This document shows, piece after piece, positions 14,405-47,212 of a stretch of 64,000 bases of DNA. The DNA is taken from contig NC_069001.1 in the NCBI RefSeq assembly GCF_001194135.2, forward strand, positions 32,383,936-32,447,935, given 5' to 3'. The notes under the pieces were generated by a model. That model had not been told where the DNA came from. It saw only the letters and a program-made list of their open reading frames with translations, and did no database searches. The position numbers and the translations under genes were made by a program. Position 1 is the first letter of the stretch. Each line of letters begins with the position of its first letter. The stretch comes from Octopus bimaculoides. Taxonomy: Eukaryota.

Positions 14405-14915
14405 AGAACAGAAATATACAGAATAGAGTGAGCTTTTCAAAAAGGCACATAAAATAGTGTATTTTTCAGAAATACACAGGACATAATGTGACATTTTGAA
14501 ATATACATGATATTTAGTACTATGAAGAAACTCATACATATAACATAGTGAGTTGCATAGAAAGAAACTACTGCATCACTTAGAAACCTACATAGAATAA
14601 AGTACAGTGTTCAAAAACAAACAGAAAATGTTGTTTGGAAAGACATACAAAATAATGTGTTGTTCTGAATTATACACAGAAATAGCATGTTGTTTAGAAA
14701 AACGTCTAAAATACAGTGTTTAGAAATACATCTAAAATAGAGTGATATGCAGAAAAATCATACATAGAATATAGGGTAACGAACACAATACTACATGTTC
14801 AGAAGGGCATAGAAAATAGTAATTTGTTCAGAAATACTCATAGAATACAATGAGTCTGGAAATAAATATAGACTACAGCATGTTATCCAGAAACATACAA
14901 AGAACAGTGTTCACT
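14405..14915. repeat. Highly degenerate approximately 30-bp tandem repeat (GTTCAGAAATACATACAGAATA-like)
   Basis: Recurrent AGAAA(T)ACAT/AGAATA/GTGTT phrasing over about 500 bp; unit length estimated by eye. Confidence 0.55.
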
Positions 14916-16139
14916 TTTCAAGGATATCTTTACAGATTTTCTATAGAAATTAGAGCCAGCACAATATTGACTTATAAGACTTTAATATACTTGGTAGTAT
15001 ATCATGATTGCATAACGAATTGCCAGCAATTAAAGAACAATGCATTGTTGGGGAACCCATAGATTGTAGCCTGTTGTTTAGAAACAACAGATTGTACACT
15101 GGGTATTGGTAATCTAATACTTTCTAACCTACTTAATCATATAGCTTCTGTCGCAGAATAATTTATGAGTTCCTAGCTTATTGATGTACGCAGTTGAAAA
15201 ACTTGTAGGCTAGTGGTACAAGATTAAGTTCTACATCAAAGCTATTTTCACTTAAATCTGTAAAATGATCAATGGAATGCGATTGAGTACTTACACCACC
15301 CACCCCATCACCAGATCTGGCAAGTGGAGGCTTGTTGTTATTGTCGTTTAACTCCAGGTCAACCCCAATCGAGCAGACCGTGTTTTTCTTTTATGCAAAT
15401 CCCCAGGACAACATGATCTTATTCGCTACTTTCTTTTGTTTGACAGCAAGGTGTAATAATTTCAGGGAGATTTTTTAGTAGATTGAACAACCACGTGGCA
15501 GCTCCCTAACGCACACAAAAAAAAAAGAAGATATGAGGGCATCCAAGATGCGAAAAGAAAGAGACAGGGAGATCAGATTAGACTTAATGATTCGTAAATA
15601 TTCACTAAGGGCGGCATGAAACTAAAATACCGAATTTCATAGGCTTCCAACAAGCGACTCGTTTCGTGAATGGTGTAGAGCTGAACGCTTGTGTTACTAA
15701 ATGCAGCTACTAAAGCGAGAATCGTAGTATTATACAAAAGAGAATTATAATAGAAGCTGGAGTCGTAACCTTAACCTTGCGAAATCTTATCTCTTGTTTT
15801 ACATCGCTCTGTATTAAAACAATTCTTAATTAAATAACCGAACAAATATATTCAAAATAACGTGTTTTTTTTTTTTTGTTTTGTGCGCGTGTGTGTCTTT
15901 TGCTGTTAGTTGAGTTATTTAATAATATTTTCCATTTGAAAAAAAAAAAACCGTTCCTTATATATTTATTTAGACGTTTCATGTCTCGAAATAAATTTTC
16001 AAGTCATGGAAGATTGACTAGAAACGCCAAGATGAAGAAAATTAACAGAAAATAGTCGACGTTTGTGACATATAAATCATTTTTATGTCTGATAGCCAGA
16101 GTTGTTTCCCTTCCATCATAATTATCAATCATTGTCTGC

Positions 16140-16710
16140 CCTCCTCAGCTATTATCACATGAATGGGTGATAGGGCTGCATTGTCGTGGTGAAGAATCTA
16201 GTTCTTCGTGCTCCGCAGATCCGGTCGCTTTCGCTGAATGTTCTCCCTCAAACACATTCAAAACGTTGTTGATTGTCCTCCGACGATACTCATGCAGAAC
16301 CTGATGAATTTTCTCCAGATTTCTGGGGCTGATCTTCCAGATCACTCATCGTCTTCCAGGGGACGTTCTTCCACTTTTGAAGCGCGCGTGTCACTCAAAA
16401 CATTGCGTACAACACCCATTACCTCATCTTTGTAAGCCTGCCAAAGCATGTTCAATAACTCTACAGCAGACTTCCCAAATCTAACGCAAAATTTCACGTT
16501 TGCACTTTATTCCTGTCCATGACAAAATCACAGACTACAACATACACGTGAGCAACACAAATGTCACAACTTGCAAAGTAAACACAGTGATGTCACTCGG
16601 TACATTGCCTCATGAAGGTCACTGCTAGCTCTCACTGCGCACACAACCGTGTGCTGTCATCTGTTGGCGCGCTATAAAACTAGTCTGGGATTTTTTGATT
16701 CTACCTAGTA
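16140..16710 (-). mobile_element. Internally deleted mariner element relic
   Basis: Minus-strand fragments ANVKFCVRFGKSAVELLNMLWQAYKDE and ERPLEDDE*SGRS (mariner HTH region) lie next to LHHDNA (DDD-domain motif). TA-flanked terminal sequence TACTAGGTAGAATCAAAAAATCCCAGACT at 16710. Confidence 0.7.
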
Positions 16711-17260
16711 TTTACTAATCCTTTATTAAATAAATAAATAAAAATTGACGGTTGATAATGAAAGTACCAAATTCAGTATGGAAGAACAAGGCAAAAAATA
16801 TGTCGGCCTGAAGCAGGAGCATATCAGTAAGTAAGGTAGAGAGGAGACAGCATGTCTATGGGCCAGAGTTTGAGGTGTGTTGGCAAGTAACTTCATGTCA
16901 GATATTTGGGTGGCCATGTTTCATGATGCAGTCTAGAACGTCTGTGTATCCTGCAGTATGAAGACGTGGGTTAGTGGTTAGAGTTTTCAGCTATTGGTTG
17001 TAAGGTAGTGAGTTCGATTCACAGAGGTATGATGTGTCCTTGAGTAAACCTACTTTTAGGCCACCCTATATATATATACTATATACATATATATAAAATA
17101 TATANNNNNNNNNNNNNNNNNNNNNNNNNNNNNNNNNNNNNNNNNNNNNNNNNNNNNNNNNNNNNNNNNNNNNNNNNNNNNNNNNNNNNNNNNNNNNNNN
17201 NNNNNNNNNNNNNNNNNNNNNNNNNNNNNNNNNNNNNNNNNNNNNNNNNNNNNNNNNNNN

Positions 17261-17294
<34 letters not shown>

Positions 17295-17677
17295 CGTATG
17301 TGTGTGTGTGTGTGTGTGTATCTTATTTCTCCTCCCCTCTTAAAAGTTTTTGTCTTGCAAGAACTTGGTGCCCCTGTCAGTGCAGGTGCCACCTAAAAGC
17401 ACTCAGTCCACACTGTAAAGTGGTTGGTGTTCGGAAGGGCATCCAGCTGTAAAAACCTTGCCAAAACTAACCTCACCTGTGCTTGTGCCATGTAAAAAGC
17501 ACTACTCACCTCACCTGTTCTTGTGCCACATAAAAAGCACAAGGTCCATTCTGCTGAGTGGTTGGCATTAGAAAGGGCATCCAGCTGTAAAAATCCTGCC
17601 AAAATAGTTAAAGAAGTCTAGTGAAGTCTAGTGGTACCGCCCCCGCCCCCGCATGCATGGAACACATACATTAAATA

Positions 17678-17712
<35 letters not shown>

Positions 17713-20206
17713 TGTAAAGATGGATGAAATGCCACTAAGCATTTCAGCCTGCATAGTAATGATTCTGCCAGCTTGCTTCCTTGATTGCTTTAAATATTAC
17801 ATGCTTTTGTGCACTGAAAAGATATTTCTGTTTGAATATGTGCTGCTGAAATTGGGGTGCCTTTTATATGCCCATGTATCTAATACACCATCAAATACAG
17901 GACTCTGAAAACCCATCTGTGAATATCCAAAATTGCTGAAGCATAAACTTTGAGTAAACAAAGCCAGCAACTAGTTTGGATGAAAATGTGAAACATAAAA
18001 AAACCCCAAAAAACAAGTGGTTATATTTTAAGCTTTCCATGGCTTTTGTGATTCATGAACGACATGGAAGACAGCAGCAGATATTGAGCTGACAATGAAG
18101 GTCATGTTTATTATCATGATAATCAATCAGATAGATATAAAAGACGCATTGTATTAAAATATAGAACAAATTTATATTACTGTGTCCTTAAAACACTGTT
18201 GTATAGGTCAAATAAACACACACACACACACACAAATACACATACACATACACACAAATACACATATTTTCCTTAATATTTAGCAGGAGCAACAGAGTGA
18301 CTCAAAGGCTGAGAGTTTTGGGTGTTAGCTCTCATCAAACATTTGATAAGTGCTGATGTATGAAAATTTGGCCCTTAAGTCCCTCTGTTGCTTTTGTTAA
18401 ATTTTAATAAAAAATATATAAATACTCATGTTTTGAGGTCTATTTTTCTTGTTTGCATCATCAGACCTATTTGTGTGTGTGTGTGTCTGTGTGTGTTTGT
18501 GTATGTGTGTACGTGTGTGTGTGTGTGTTTATTTGCAGTACAACTGCTCAGATAATGACCTCATTATTTTATATGTCATTATTTGGTTAGCATTTATAAA
18601 TGAACAAAACATGGACAAGAAGAATTTATTTATTCATTGATTTTGCATTTTAAGGTGAGATGACGAAATCTGGCACAAAAATTGACTCCTGGTGCATGAC
18701 GTGTGTGTAAATTTGCAACAAGCATTTCATCACTTCTACATTAACCCTTTTGATACCAACAGCGGAAGTGAGCTAGAAAGTTAAAACTTAGTGTGCATAC
18801 ACAGCAGAGTTCAAGGTCAATCTGTGCCAAGTGGCTTCACTCTGCATGCTTTAGCCTTGTTACTATGGCAACAGTCTGGATACTTGTTGATCAGACCTCG
18901 TATGTGTATATATATATGTATGTATATATAATATATACATGCGACAGGCTTTATTTCAGTTTCTGTCTACCAAATCCACTCACAAGGCTTTGGTCAAACT
19001 GAGGCTATAATAGAGGACACTTGCTCAAGTTGCTATGCAGTGGGACTGAACCTGGATCCATGTGATTGGGATGCAAGCTTCTTACCACATAGCCACAAAC
19101 TTAATTATAAATCAAGTGGTGAGCCGGCAAAAACAAATGCTTAGTGGCATTTCTTCTGACTCTTTATGTTCTGGGTTCAAACTCTGCCAGCTTTGACTTT
19201 GCCTTTCGTTCTCTCGGGGGCTGATAAAATAAGCACCAATTGATCACTGGTATCAATGTAATTGATTTACTCCTTCCCTTCAAGTTGTAAGCCTTGTACT
19301 GAAATTTGAACCCATTATAAATTAAGTAGTTGTAATATTTGAGATGACTCTATTCAAAGTCATTTATGAGTAATTAGAAAGATTATCCTATAATCAGATT
19401 AATTCTGTGACTTAACAATCAAGTAAATTAAAGTATTAGAGAAAACTGGATCATACTGGTATCTTTGATTAGGCATGAAGTTAGTTTTTGTAGCAAGGAG
19501 TAACTGGCATTCATCCATTCCATTGTTTCCAAACAACGTGAGATGGAATGGTAATAATCCTAGCCAGGACTGATTCAAGTTACTTGTGTGATCCTTGTAC
19601 TCACCAAGGGGTTTCTTCCACTTGGATATTACTGAGTTAAGGCCAGTGTGTCTGAGACAGACATCTGGATACAAGGGTTGCCAAAAGAGACAGCAATGCA
19701 TGTTTCAAAAGCCTTCTATTATTTCTGTTGAAATGCACTGCCTTTATTTCAATTAATTTTGAAAATAATGAAAAAATTAGCAAAATAACTGTCATTATTT
19801 TAAGCTGGTGTCTGGAACGTAAATTAACAATCAATTTTGATGGAAGGTTTGAACTTATTCTACTTTAAAACAGGAAGTTTGTATCAAAGAACCAGGGCAG
19901 TCTCAGACAGGTTGGTTTCTAAAGGGTTAAGAAACATCTTAGTTGAGAGGCACGGAACCAGAGGTCTGGTTGAAATGCTTGCCATTCTGTAAAAAGCAGA
20001 GAAGGATCCATTTAACAACTCCTACTTAACCCTTTTATTAACATATTTCTGGTGAAGTACACTGCCTTGGTTTCAATTAATTTCAGAAATGAAGAATTTA
20101 GTAAAATAAAATAACTTTATTACTAAGCTGGTGTCTGGAACATAAATTGACAATAAATTTTGACGGTAGGTTTTAATTTAGATCATTTTAAAACAAGAAG
20201 TTTGTA

Positions 20207-20434
20207 TTAACCCTTTAGCATTTACATTAATCTATCAAAGGTAATGCTTATTTATCCACATTTAAAAAAATTAATCATGCATTATTTCATAGCCTTGAGA
20301 TTTTGATGATGTGGTTGTTTATTTTTAAAATGACATTGTAGAGTATGTGCAAGAGGCTGGACCTGGCCAGTTTCAACATTAAACTGGTAGAATATATTAG
20401 TCAGATATGGCCAGTTTAAATGCTAAAGGATTAA
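20207..20434. mobile_element. piggyBac-like MITE, second family (TTAACCCTTTAGCATTT...AAATGCTAAAGGATTAA)
   Basis: TTAA flanks and about 13-bp TIRs; related copies near 28720-28905 and 33150-33355. Confidence 0.65.
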
Positions 20435-23400
20435 AGAACTTGGGGGCAGTCCTAAGTTGGTGGCATCAATAAAGTTAATGAGGCTCTGAGCAATTTGTAG
20501 GGTTGATGGATGGCCATTAATTCCATGTTAAATTCATCTGCCTCCGTAGACAGGCATTGTTTTTTTTTTTGGTCCTATTTGAATGTCCATTCACCTTCTG
20601 TCTTGTAAGAATTACACATCTTGTGCCTACACGATAAACCATTCGAGTAAGCAGACCTGACACTAAACATGTGAACAGTGATTGAATCTCACTGCTAAAC
20701 ACAGTATTGACTTATAAAGCCTTTAATATAACTGGTAGTACATCATAGTTGCATAACAAAATATGGTGTCCCTACCAGTAGTTAATATGCATGTAGGACT
20801 TTGTAAAGTGGCTAGTGTAAGGAAGGGCGTCCAGTCATAAAACCCATGCTGAAACAGACACAGTAGCCTGGTGTAGTCATCTACTTGACTGGCTCCTTTC
20901 AAACCATCTAACCCATGCCAGCATGGAAGATGGACATGAAATTATGATGATGATGATGTACCAGTTGCCAGGAATTTGTTTAATATGTAAAATTGGTATA
21001 TCCAAGTGTTACACAGCTAAATTTAGAAGCAATTTAAGTAATGTGTTCATGGATGGTTAATGGGGAAAATAAGGTACTGAAGAGAATGCAAGCACTCCTG
21101 AAACATTCATATACACCCATTACCTATTTTTCTATCTTCGATCACATTGTTTTACATAGATGTAATTTATATATGAAACATCATAACCTTCAATGCTGGC
21201 CCTAATTTCTATAGCAAATCTATACAGATAACTTTAAAAACTTAATATATATATAATACTAATCCTTTCTACTATGGGCACAAGGCCTGAAATTTGGGGG
21301 AGGGGATGAGTCAATTACACTGACCCCAGTATTCAACTGGTACTTATTTTATCAACTCTGAAAGGCAAAGTCATCCCCAGCAGAATTTGAACTCGGAATA
21401 CAAGCAAAATGCCACTAATGGTTTTTTGTTGAGCCCAAAGCCCAAACTCATAGCTCTCAAATGTTAGACATCTTAAATGTGAAATGGCTCATTATACTAA
21501 TACAGATCAATGCTGTAAACAGAAGTAAACAGGTTAGTGTTCTATTAGTTTACAGATAAAAACAAACATGGTTTGGCCACCAACTGTTATACCATTTTGA
21601 TTAGTACAGGTAAAAATCTTAACCTTATCTTGAGTGGGCGATTATAAAATTAGGCTAACAATAACGTATTCGTCTAGTGTTAACAAGTGTACTTTGATCA
21701 AGGCTGATCCGAAACTAACCTGTTGCACTCTCACTTCACTAATATAACAATTGTTGACTGAAGACCTTATAGTAAAATATATATTTTACATTGCTTGAGT
21801 ATTTATATTTACTGGTGTTGCATTTTAAATAAAGTCACAAAACCTTTCAATTAAAGAAACAATTTCTAATGAGTCCTCAGGCTTGAAGTGACTGACCGGA
21901 AATTGGAAGTCAATGCCACAGTCCAATCTCTGAAACTAGTAATCTTCTATAATAAACTTTGTTGTGTGTGTGTGTGTGTGTGTATATACATATTCTTTTA
22001 CTTGTTTGTCATTGGACTGCGGCCATGCCAAGCCAAGGGCTTTAGTCAAACAAATTGATGCCAGGATTATTTTTTAAGCTTAGTACTTATTCTATCAGTC
22101 TCTTTGCCAAGTTGCTAAGTTACAGGGATGTAAGCACACAAACACTGGTTGTCAAGCAGTGGGGCACAAGCACAATCATATATATGTTTCAGTTTCATCT
22201 ACCAAATCCATTCATGAAGCCTTGGTCGGCCTGAGACTAAAGAAGACACTTACCCGAGATGTCACGCAGAGGGACTGAACCCAGAACCAAGGTCCTTATC
22301 ACACAGCCATGCCTGCATCTGTATAATACTCATCCTTTCTGTTATAGGCACAAGGCCTGAAAGTTGTGGGGGGAGGAGGTAAGGCGATTACATTGATCCA
22401 AATACTCAACTGGTACTTATTTTATCAACCCCCAAAAGGATAAAAGGTGAGGTCATCCCAAACAGAATTTGAACTCAGAACGTAAAGGCAGACGAAATGT
22501 CGCTAAGCATTTCACCTGTTGTGCTAACGACTCTGCCTGCTCACTGCCTTAAGGTTCTGCCACAGGTCAGGCATTGGCAGATTGCTGGAAATGACAATGT
22601 ACTTCATGTATATTATTTATATTAGTCAGACGGGCGTCCCATTACATTTCAGCTGTTGTACTCTCCAGCCTTCTTCAGGTGTCTTGTGTTGAACTCAGTT
22701 TTGTGACATCAGAATTTCAATCCTAACCCTTTGATACACACACAACACTTTTTACATTTTGTGACATTTTTGTTTCAGCTGATTGTTTTGTGAATTACCT
22801 TATGACTTGCTTGGGATTGAACTCAGAATCTCTAGACGACTGCAGTACACTAATCAACAACCAAGAGGAGGACACCAGTCCAACTAATATAAACAGTGGC
22901 CATGCTGGGGCACTGCCTTGAAGAATTTTTAGTTGAATGAATCAACCCCAGGACTTTTTTTTTTAAAGCCTCATACTCAATCTATCAGTTGCTTTTGCCA
23001 AACTGTTAAGTTACAGAGATGTAAACACTGACTGTTAAGTGATGGTGGGGGACAAATACAGACACACACACATATATGGCAGACTTCTTTCATACTCCAT
23101 CTACCAATTCCACTTGAAGGTGCCACACAGTGGGACTGAACATGGATCCATGTTGTTGGGAAGCAAGCTTGTTACTACACAGCCATGGCTGCACCCATCA
23201 GTTTTCTTTGAGTAAAATGGTACAGACCCCTTCAGTTACAAATAACCATAAGATTGCATGTAGAAAGTTACCCTCTTAGGCACAAGTCGGGACAAGGCTA
23301 TTTACAGGAGACCAGCAGTCGTCCATGCATACCAGCTTCCCTTCTTCACACCAAATCTACTGTTGTCCAAAGGCCGATTTCTACAGCTGAGTAAACTGGA

Positions 23401-24862
23401 GCAACATGAAATAAACTGAAGAACACAACACACAGCCCAGTCCAGGAATGGAACTCACAATTTCACAGATGCAACCCTGATGCTCTAGCCACATTAAAAC
23501 ATAATATACAGATTCCTTTCCGGTACTAATACTGCTTTCATCACTAATAACGAAGTATTATTTCATTTAATAATCATCAAAGAGTCAATATTCAACTGTA
23601 GACATTTCACACTTCGAAGGTTGTCAACTAATGAAGGTCTTTTATTTACTCTTTATATTAAATGGCAAACATGGTGTACACATGACCATTCCTAATCCTA
23701 TTGTCAGTAACTAACAATGAGGCAATTGTCAAATATCCAATATTACATACACTATGCAACAAAAGAAAGACCGTTCTGAATTAGTGTCAAAAAGTTAGCT
23801 AATTCCTTAGTAAAAAAAAAAAAAACAAATTTAGCAATTAGTATAATATATCACAGAAAAGACATTGTTTATCTTTAAGTCTAATAATTCACTTTCTGGT
23901 TTTTGTTAGGATTTTTTGTTGCAATTGTAATAGAAAGATAGTCCTAGCTCAAATATGTCTAAAAAAAAAAAAAAAATTAAAAATTCGTTTTAGCCATTAG
24001 GCTGTGGCTATGCTGGGCCCCATTGCCCTGAAGGGACTTTAGCTGAACAAAGTGACCCCAGTATTTCTCTTTTTAAGCTTAGTACATATTCTATTGATCT
24101 CTTATGCTGAACTGGTAAGTTACAGGAACAGAAACAAACACTGGTTATCAAGCAGTGGTGGGGATCCACCAAATCCACACACAAGGCTTTGGTTAGCCTG
24201 AGGTTATAATACAAGACATTTACTCAAGGTGCCACACAGTGGGACTGAACCTGATACCATATGGTTGGGAAGCAAACTTCGTAGCACACAAATCATGGGT
24301 TTACATCTATGACCATGAAACCAAGCCTCAGTTTTTGCAGTGGAAGACCGCAAGGTTTCAAGGATATCCAAGAGAATGCAATGAGATACTGGCTCACTAT
24401 TTCAAAAATCTAAATATCAATGAAACAATCCTAAAACTATCCAAGAAATTTTTGGTTAAAGCATTATCACCACCATTTTCACATTCAATTTTTAATGTTT
24501 GCATGGGTCAGACGCAATTTGTTGTGGCAGATTTTCTATGACCAGATGCTCTTCTTGTCACTAATCCTCATCTCTTTCCAAATAAGGTAATATTACACCT
24601 ATGGGCAAGCACGTTTTTATGAAAGATGGGAAACGAAGCATACTGTTTGCATGATGGGTGAGCTTGTTTACAAATATGTGATGTCAAGGTAAGGATATAG
24701 TTACACACACATACACACAATGGAATTTAGTTTTTTTCTACCAAAATCCACTCAAGGCTTAGACACTTGCCCAAGATGACATGCTGTGAGATTGAACCTG
24801 AAACCATGTGGCTGCAAAGCAAGCTTTTTACCACTCAGCCATGCATTCATAAATATGAAGTG

Positions 24863-24899
<37 letters not shown>

Positions 24900-25939
24900 T
24901 TTATTGCCTTGAAATCTCAGAATTCAAAAATTCAGGTAAGGCATATGAATAAAATAATTGGAGACCTGTTTTCTATACTTTTTTCAATATTTAACTGGAT
25001 AAAAAAAAAGGGGTGGGTGCAGGAGAGTCTTTCATATTGTTTAATCATGAGAGAACAGCTCCCCACCAAATAAATAATCATTGAATAGATGATATTGCTA
25101 CATTAAAATACCAAAACATGCTTAGCTAAAATGGGGAGGAGAAACAGTTTAAAGGTATTGTTAAGTGGTAGGTGGGGGAAATGAACAATGCAAACACAGA
25201 TGTCTGGCTTCCAGTTTCCATTTATGAGATCCACTCACAAGGCAGAGGTTAGCTCAGGGCTACTATAGTAGAAGACACTTGTCCTAAATGCAGTAAGACA
25301 CCAAACCCAAGATCACATGGTTGGGAGGTAGACTTAACCACACAGCCATGTCTGATACACACACACGTTTATATATATATATCATCTTTCATTTTGTCAT
25401 TAGACTGCAACCATGCTAGGGCACTACCCCAAAGAATTTTTAGTCGAACGAACCAACCCCAAGGTATAATTTTTTAAAGACTGGTACTTATTCGAGCGGT
25501 CTCTTTTGCCGAACCACTAAGTTACAGGAATGTAAACAAACTAACACTGGTTGTCAAGCAGTGGGGTAGAGACAAATAGACTCACAAACAATAGGCTTCT
25601 TTCAGTTTCATCTACCAAATCCACTCACAAGGCTTTGGTCGGCTCAAAGCTATTAGTAGAAGACACTTACCCACGGTGCCGTACAGTGGGACTGAGCCCA
25701 GAACCATGTAGTTGGGAGGCAAACTTCTTACCACACAGCTGGATGGTGGTCTTAATCCACCACCCAGTATAATACCACTACCCGTCCTTTAAGGGCTTTT
25801 TGGGGAAGAGATAATTGGGTATAGCTGTCTGGATACCAATAATTTGGCACAGATGAACTGAATCTTCACTGTTTTGGTGATGGCACTTCTTTTTGGTGCT
25901 GGAGAGAAACAGTCCCACACACACAGACATACGTGTGCA

Positions 25940-26039
25940 TGCAGAAATATATACATACAGATAGAGAGATAGATTTATTAACTGAAATAGGATTGGAATA
26001 AAGGCTTTCTCTCTTCTCAGTACATAAAGAGAAATATGC

Positions 26040-26079
<40 letters not shown>

Positions 26080-26330
26080 CAATTTATTAACTGAACACGA
26101 CCGACATAAGCATTTACCTTTTCGTCACACACACACACACACACTTGAACACAGAGACAGAAACAATACAATTTATTTATTGAACATGGACATAAATGCT
26201 GTCCCCTCTCCTCATACATAAAGAGAAGTATGCTCACACAAATAAACAGACTGAAAAAGAGAGAGAAAGAGACATTACAATTCATTAATTGAACACAATA
26301 CACTTTCTCTCTCATCATACACAAAGAGAG
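25940..26330. repeat. Degenerate approximately 100-bp tandem repeat with AG/AC microsatellites, downstream of the PP2Ac stop codon
   Basis: A TACAATTTATTAAYTGAACAC-like core recurs at about 25972, 26078, 26167 and 26277; CTCATACATAAAGAGAA-like motifs recur. Confidence 0.65.
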
Positions 26331-27981
26331 AAGGGGAAGAAGAGAACAAAAAACAAAAACATCTTAAAAATGCCACGTGTCAAATAAGGCAGCCACGAAT
26401 TAGCAGTGCTGAAATGGCTGTGCTCTAACATCCCATATCCATGCCTTCTGTAGAGTCCACTGCTGCAAGTATTTTGGGGATAGATCTTTAATCTCAAGAC
26501 AAATCCCTTCCTGCATACCCATCACAAGAGGACCTTTCTTTCTGTAAAGCCATTACAATACAGATACTCACACACACATACATATATATATACATAGCTA
26601 TATATATAACCCGCACAAACTATACATACATAAAACACACATTCGTTAACTTAAATTAAATATCACCTAAGCAGCACTGTTCCATTAGCATCTTTATTAT
26701 ATTAGTAGCAATAATTTAAAANNNNNNNNNNNNNNNNNNNNNNNNNNNNNNNNNNNNNNNNNNNNNNNNNNNNNNNNNNNNNNNNNNNNNNNNNNNNNNN
26801 NNNNNNNNNNNNNNNNNNNNNNNNNNNNNNNNNNNNNNNNNNNNNNNNNNNNNNNNNNNNNNNNNNNNNNNNNNNNNNNNNNNNNNNNNNNNNNNNNNNN
26901 NNNNNNNNNNNNNNNNNNNNNNNNNNNNNNNNNNNNNNNNNNNNNNNNNNNNNNNNNNNNNNNNNNNNNNNNNNNNNNNNNNNNNNNNNNNNNNNNNNNN
27001 NNNNNNNNNNNNNNNNNNNNNNNNNNNNNNNNNNNNNNNNNNNNNNNNNNNNNNNNNNNNNNNNNNNNNNNNNNNNNNNNNNNNNNNNNNNNNNNNNNNN
27101 NNNNNNNNNNNNNNNNNNNNNNNNNNNNNNNNNNNNNNNNNNNNNNNNNNNNNNNNNNNNNNNNNNNNNNNNNNNNNNNNNNNNNNNNNNNNNNNNNNNN
27201 NNNNNNNNNNNNNNNNNNNNNNNNNNNNNNNNNNNNNNNNNNNNNNNNNNNNNNNNNNNNNNNNNNNNNNNNNNNNGTCCACCATTCCTTCAGTTGCTCC
27301 ATTTTAAAATAATAATAATAATAATAATAATAAGAGTGAAGAGAAACAAAGATTTCTGTAGCTATACGGAGGAGATTAATAGGATGGATGGGGAAGGGGG
27401 GGGGAGCAAGAGACAGAGAGGGGAGGGGGAAGTAAAATCCATCAGAAACAAACAGAAGTGAAGAGCCAGCTCTATTATGAGATGGAGAGGGGGAGGGAGA
27501 GGAAGAAAGAAAGAAAAGAAAATCTTATATCACATAAGTCTGCAGGACTTGGTTAAACATTTAACAAGAATAGATGTTGGAGTAAGGAGAAAGAGAGAGA
27601 GAGGACAAAACTGATCTATGGCAGCCTTGTTTCCACCAATAATAGATGAACTATGAATGGTGTTACTAAACTAAAGGGTATGTACGTTAGGAGGAAGGCG
27701 GGGATAGCAGTAGACAGCTCATGTCATTCAAATTATTAAGAAAACCCCCCGCAAAACACACACACACACCATCGTGTATGTCTTACAATACTTGTTGGCT
27801 GCTTTCACATTAAAGAATAGAGAATGGTCTTTTTTTTTTTTTTGAGGGGGGATATATTTATTTGTTTTGTTGTTTTTTCTTTTTTTTTAATATTTTGCAA
27901 GAGTATGTTTTTATCATTTTGCCACAGCTCCCAATGAAAGGGACCAGATGCTGCTGATGCTGTTGTACTTAGACTAGTTAC

Positions 27982-28013
<32 letters not shown>

Positions 28014-28057
28014 AGAAAGTTAGCTGCCCAGTACAACTAAAAAAATGTTCAGGGTTC

Positions 28058-46975
<18,918 letters not shown>

Positions 46976-47176
46976 TTTTTTTCGGTTTTTCAATAGTCTC
47001 TATATTTCTTTTTTTATTTGTTATGTTAGCTGGCACTTTACACAGAATGAAACGGAAAGTGAATAAGAGGAACCAGTCAAGAAGAGTTTCAATGGATTGT
47101 CAAGCCTATATTCACTTGGCAAAAACCAACAAAATTCTGTTGCCGAGGTCAATCAAGCCAACTCTATAAGACGTTA

Positions 47177-47212
47177 CAAAATGGCCGACCCGACCTCATC
47201 AATGTGACGTCA
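47177..47212. promoter_or_regulatory. PP2Ac proximal promoter motifs: YY1-like CAAAATGGCCG (47177-47187) and palindromic CRE TGACGTCA (47205-47212)
   Basis: About 200-240 bp upstream of the ATG, in a locally CpG-rich stretch. Motif match only. Confidence 0.5.
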
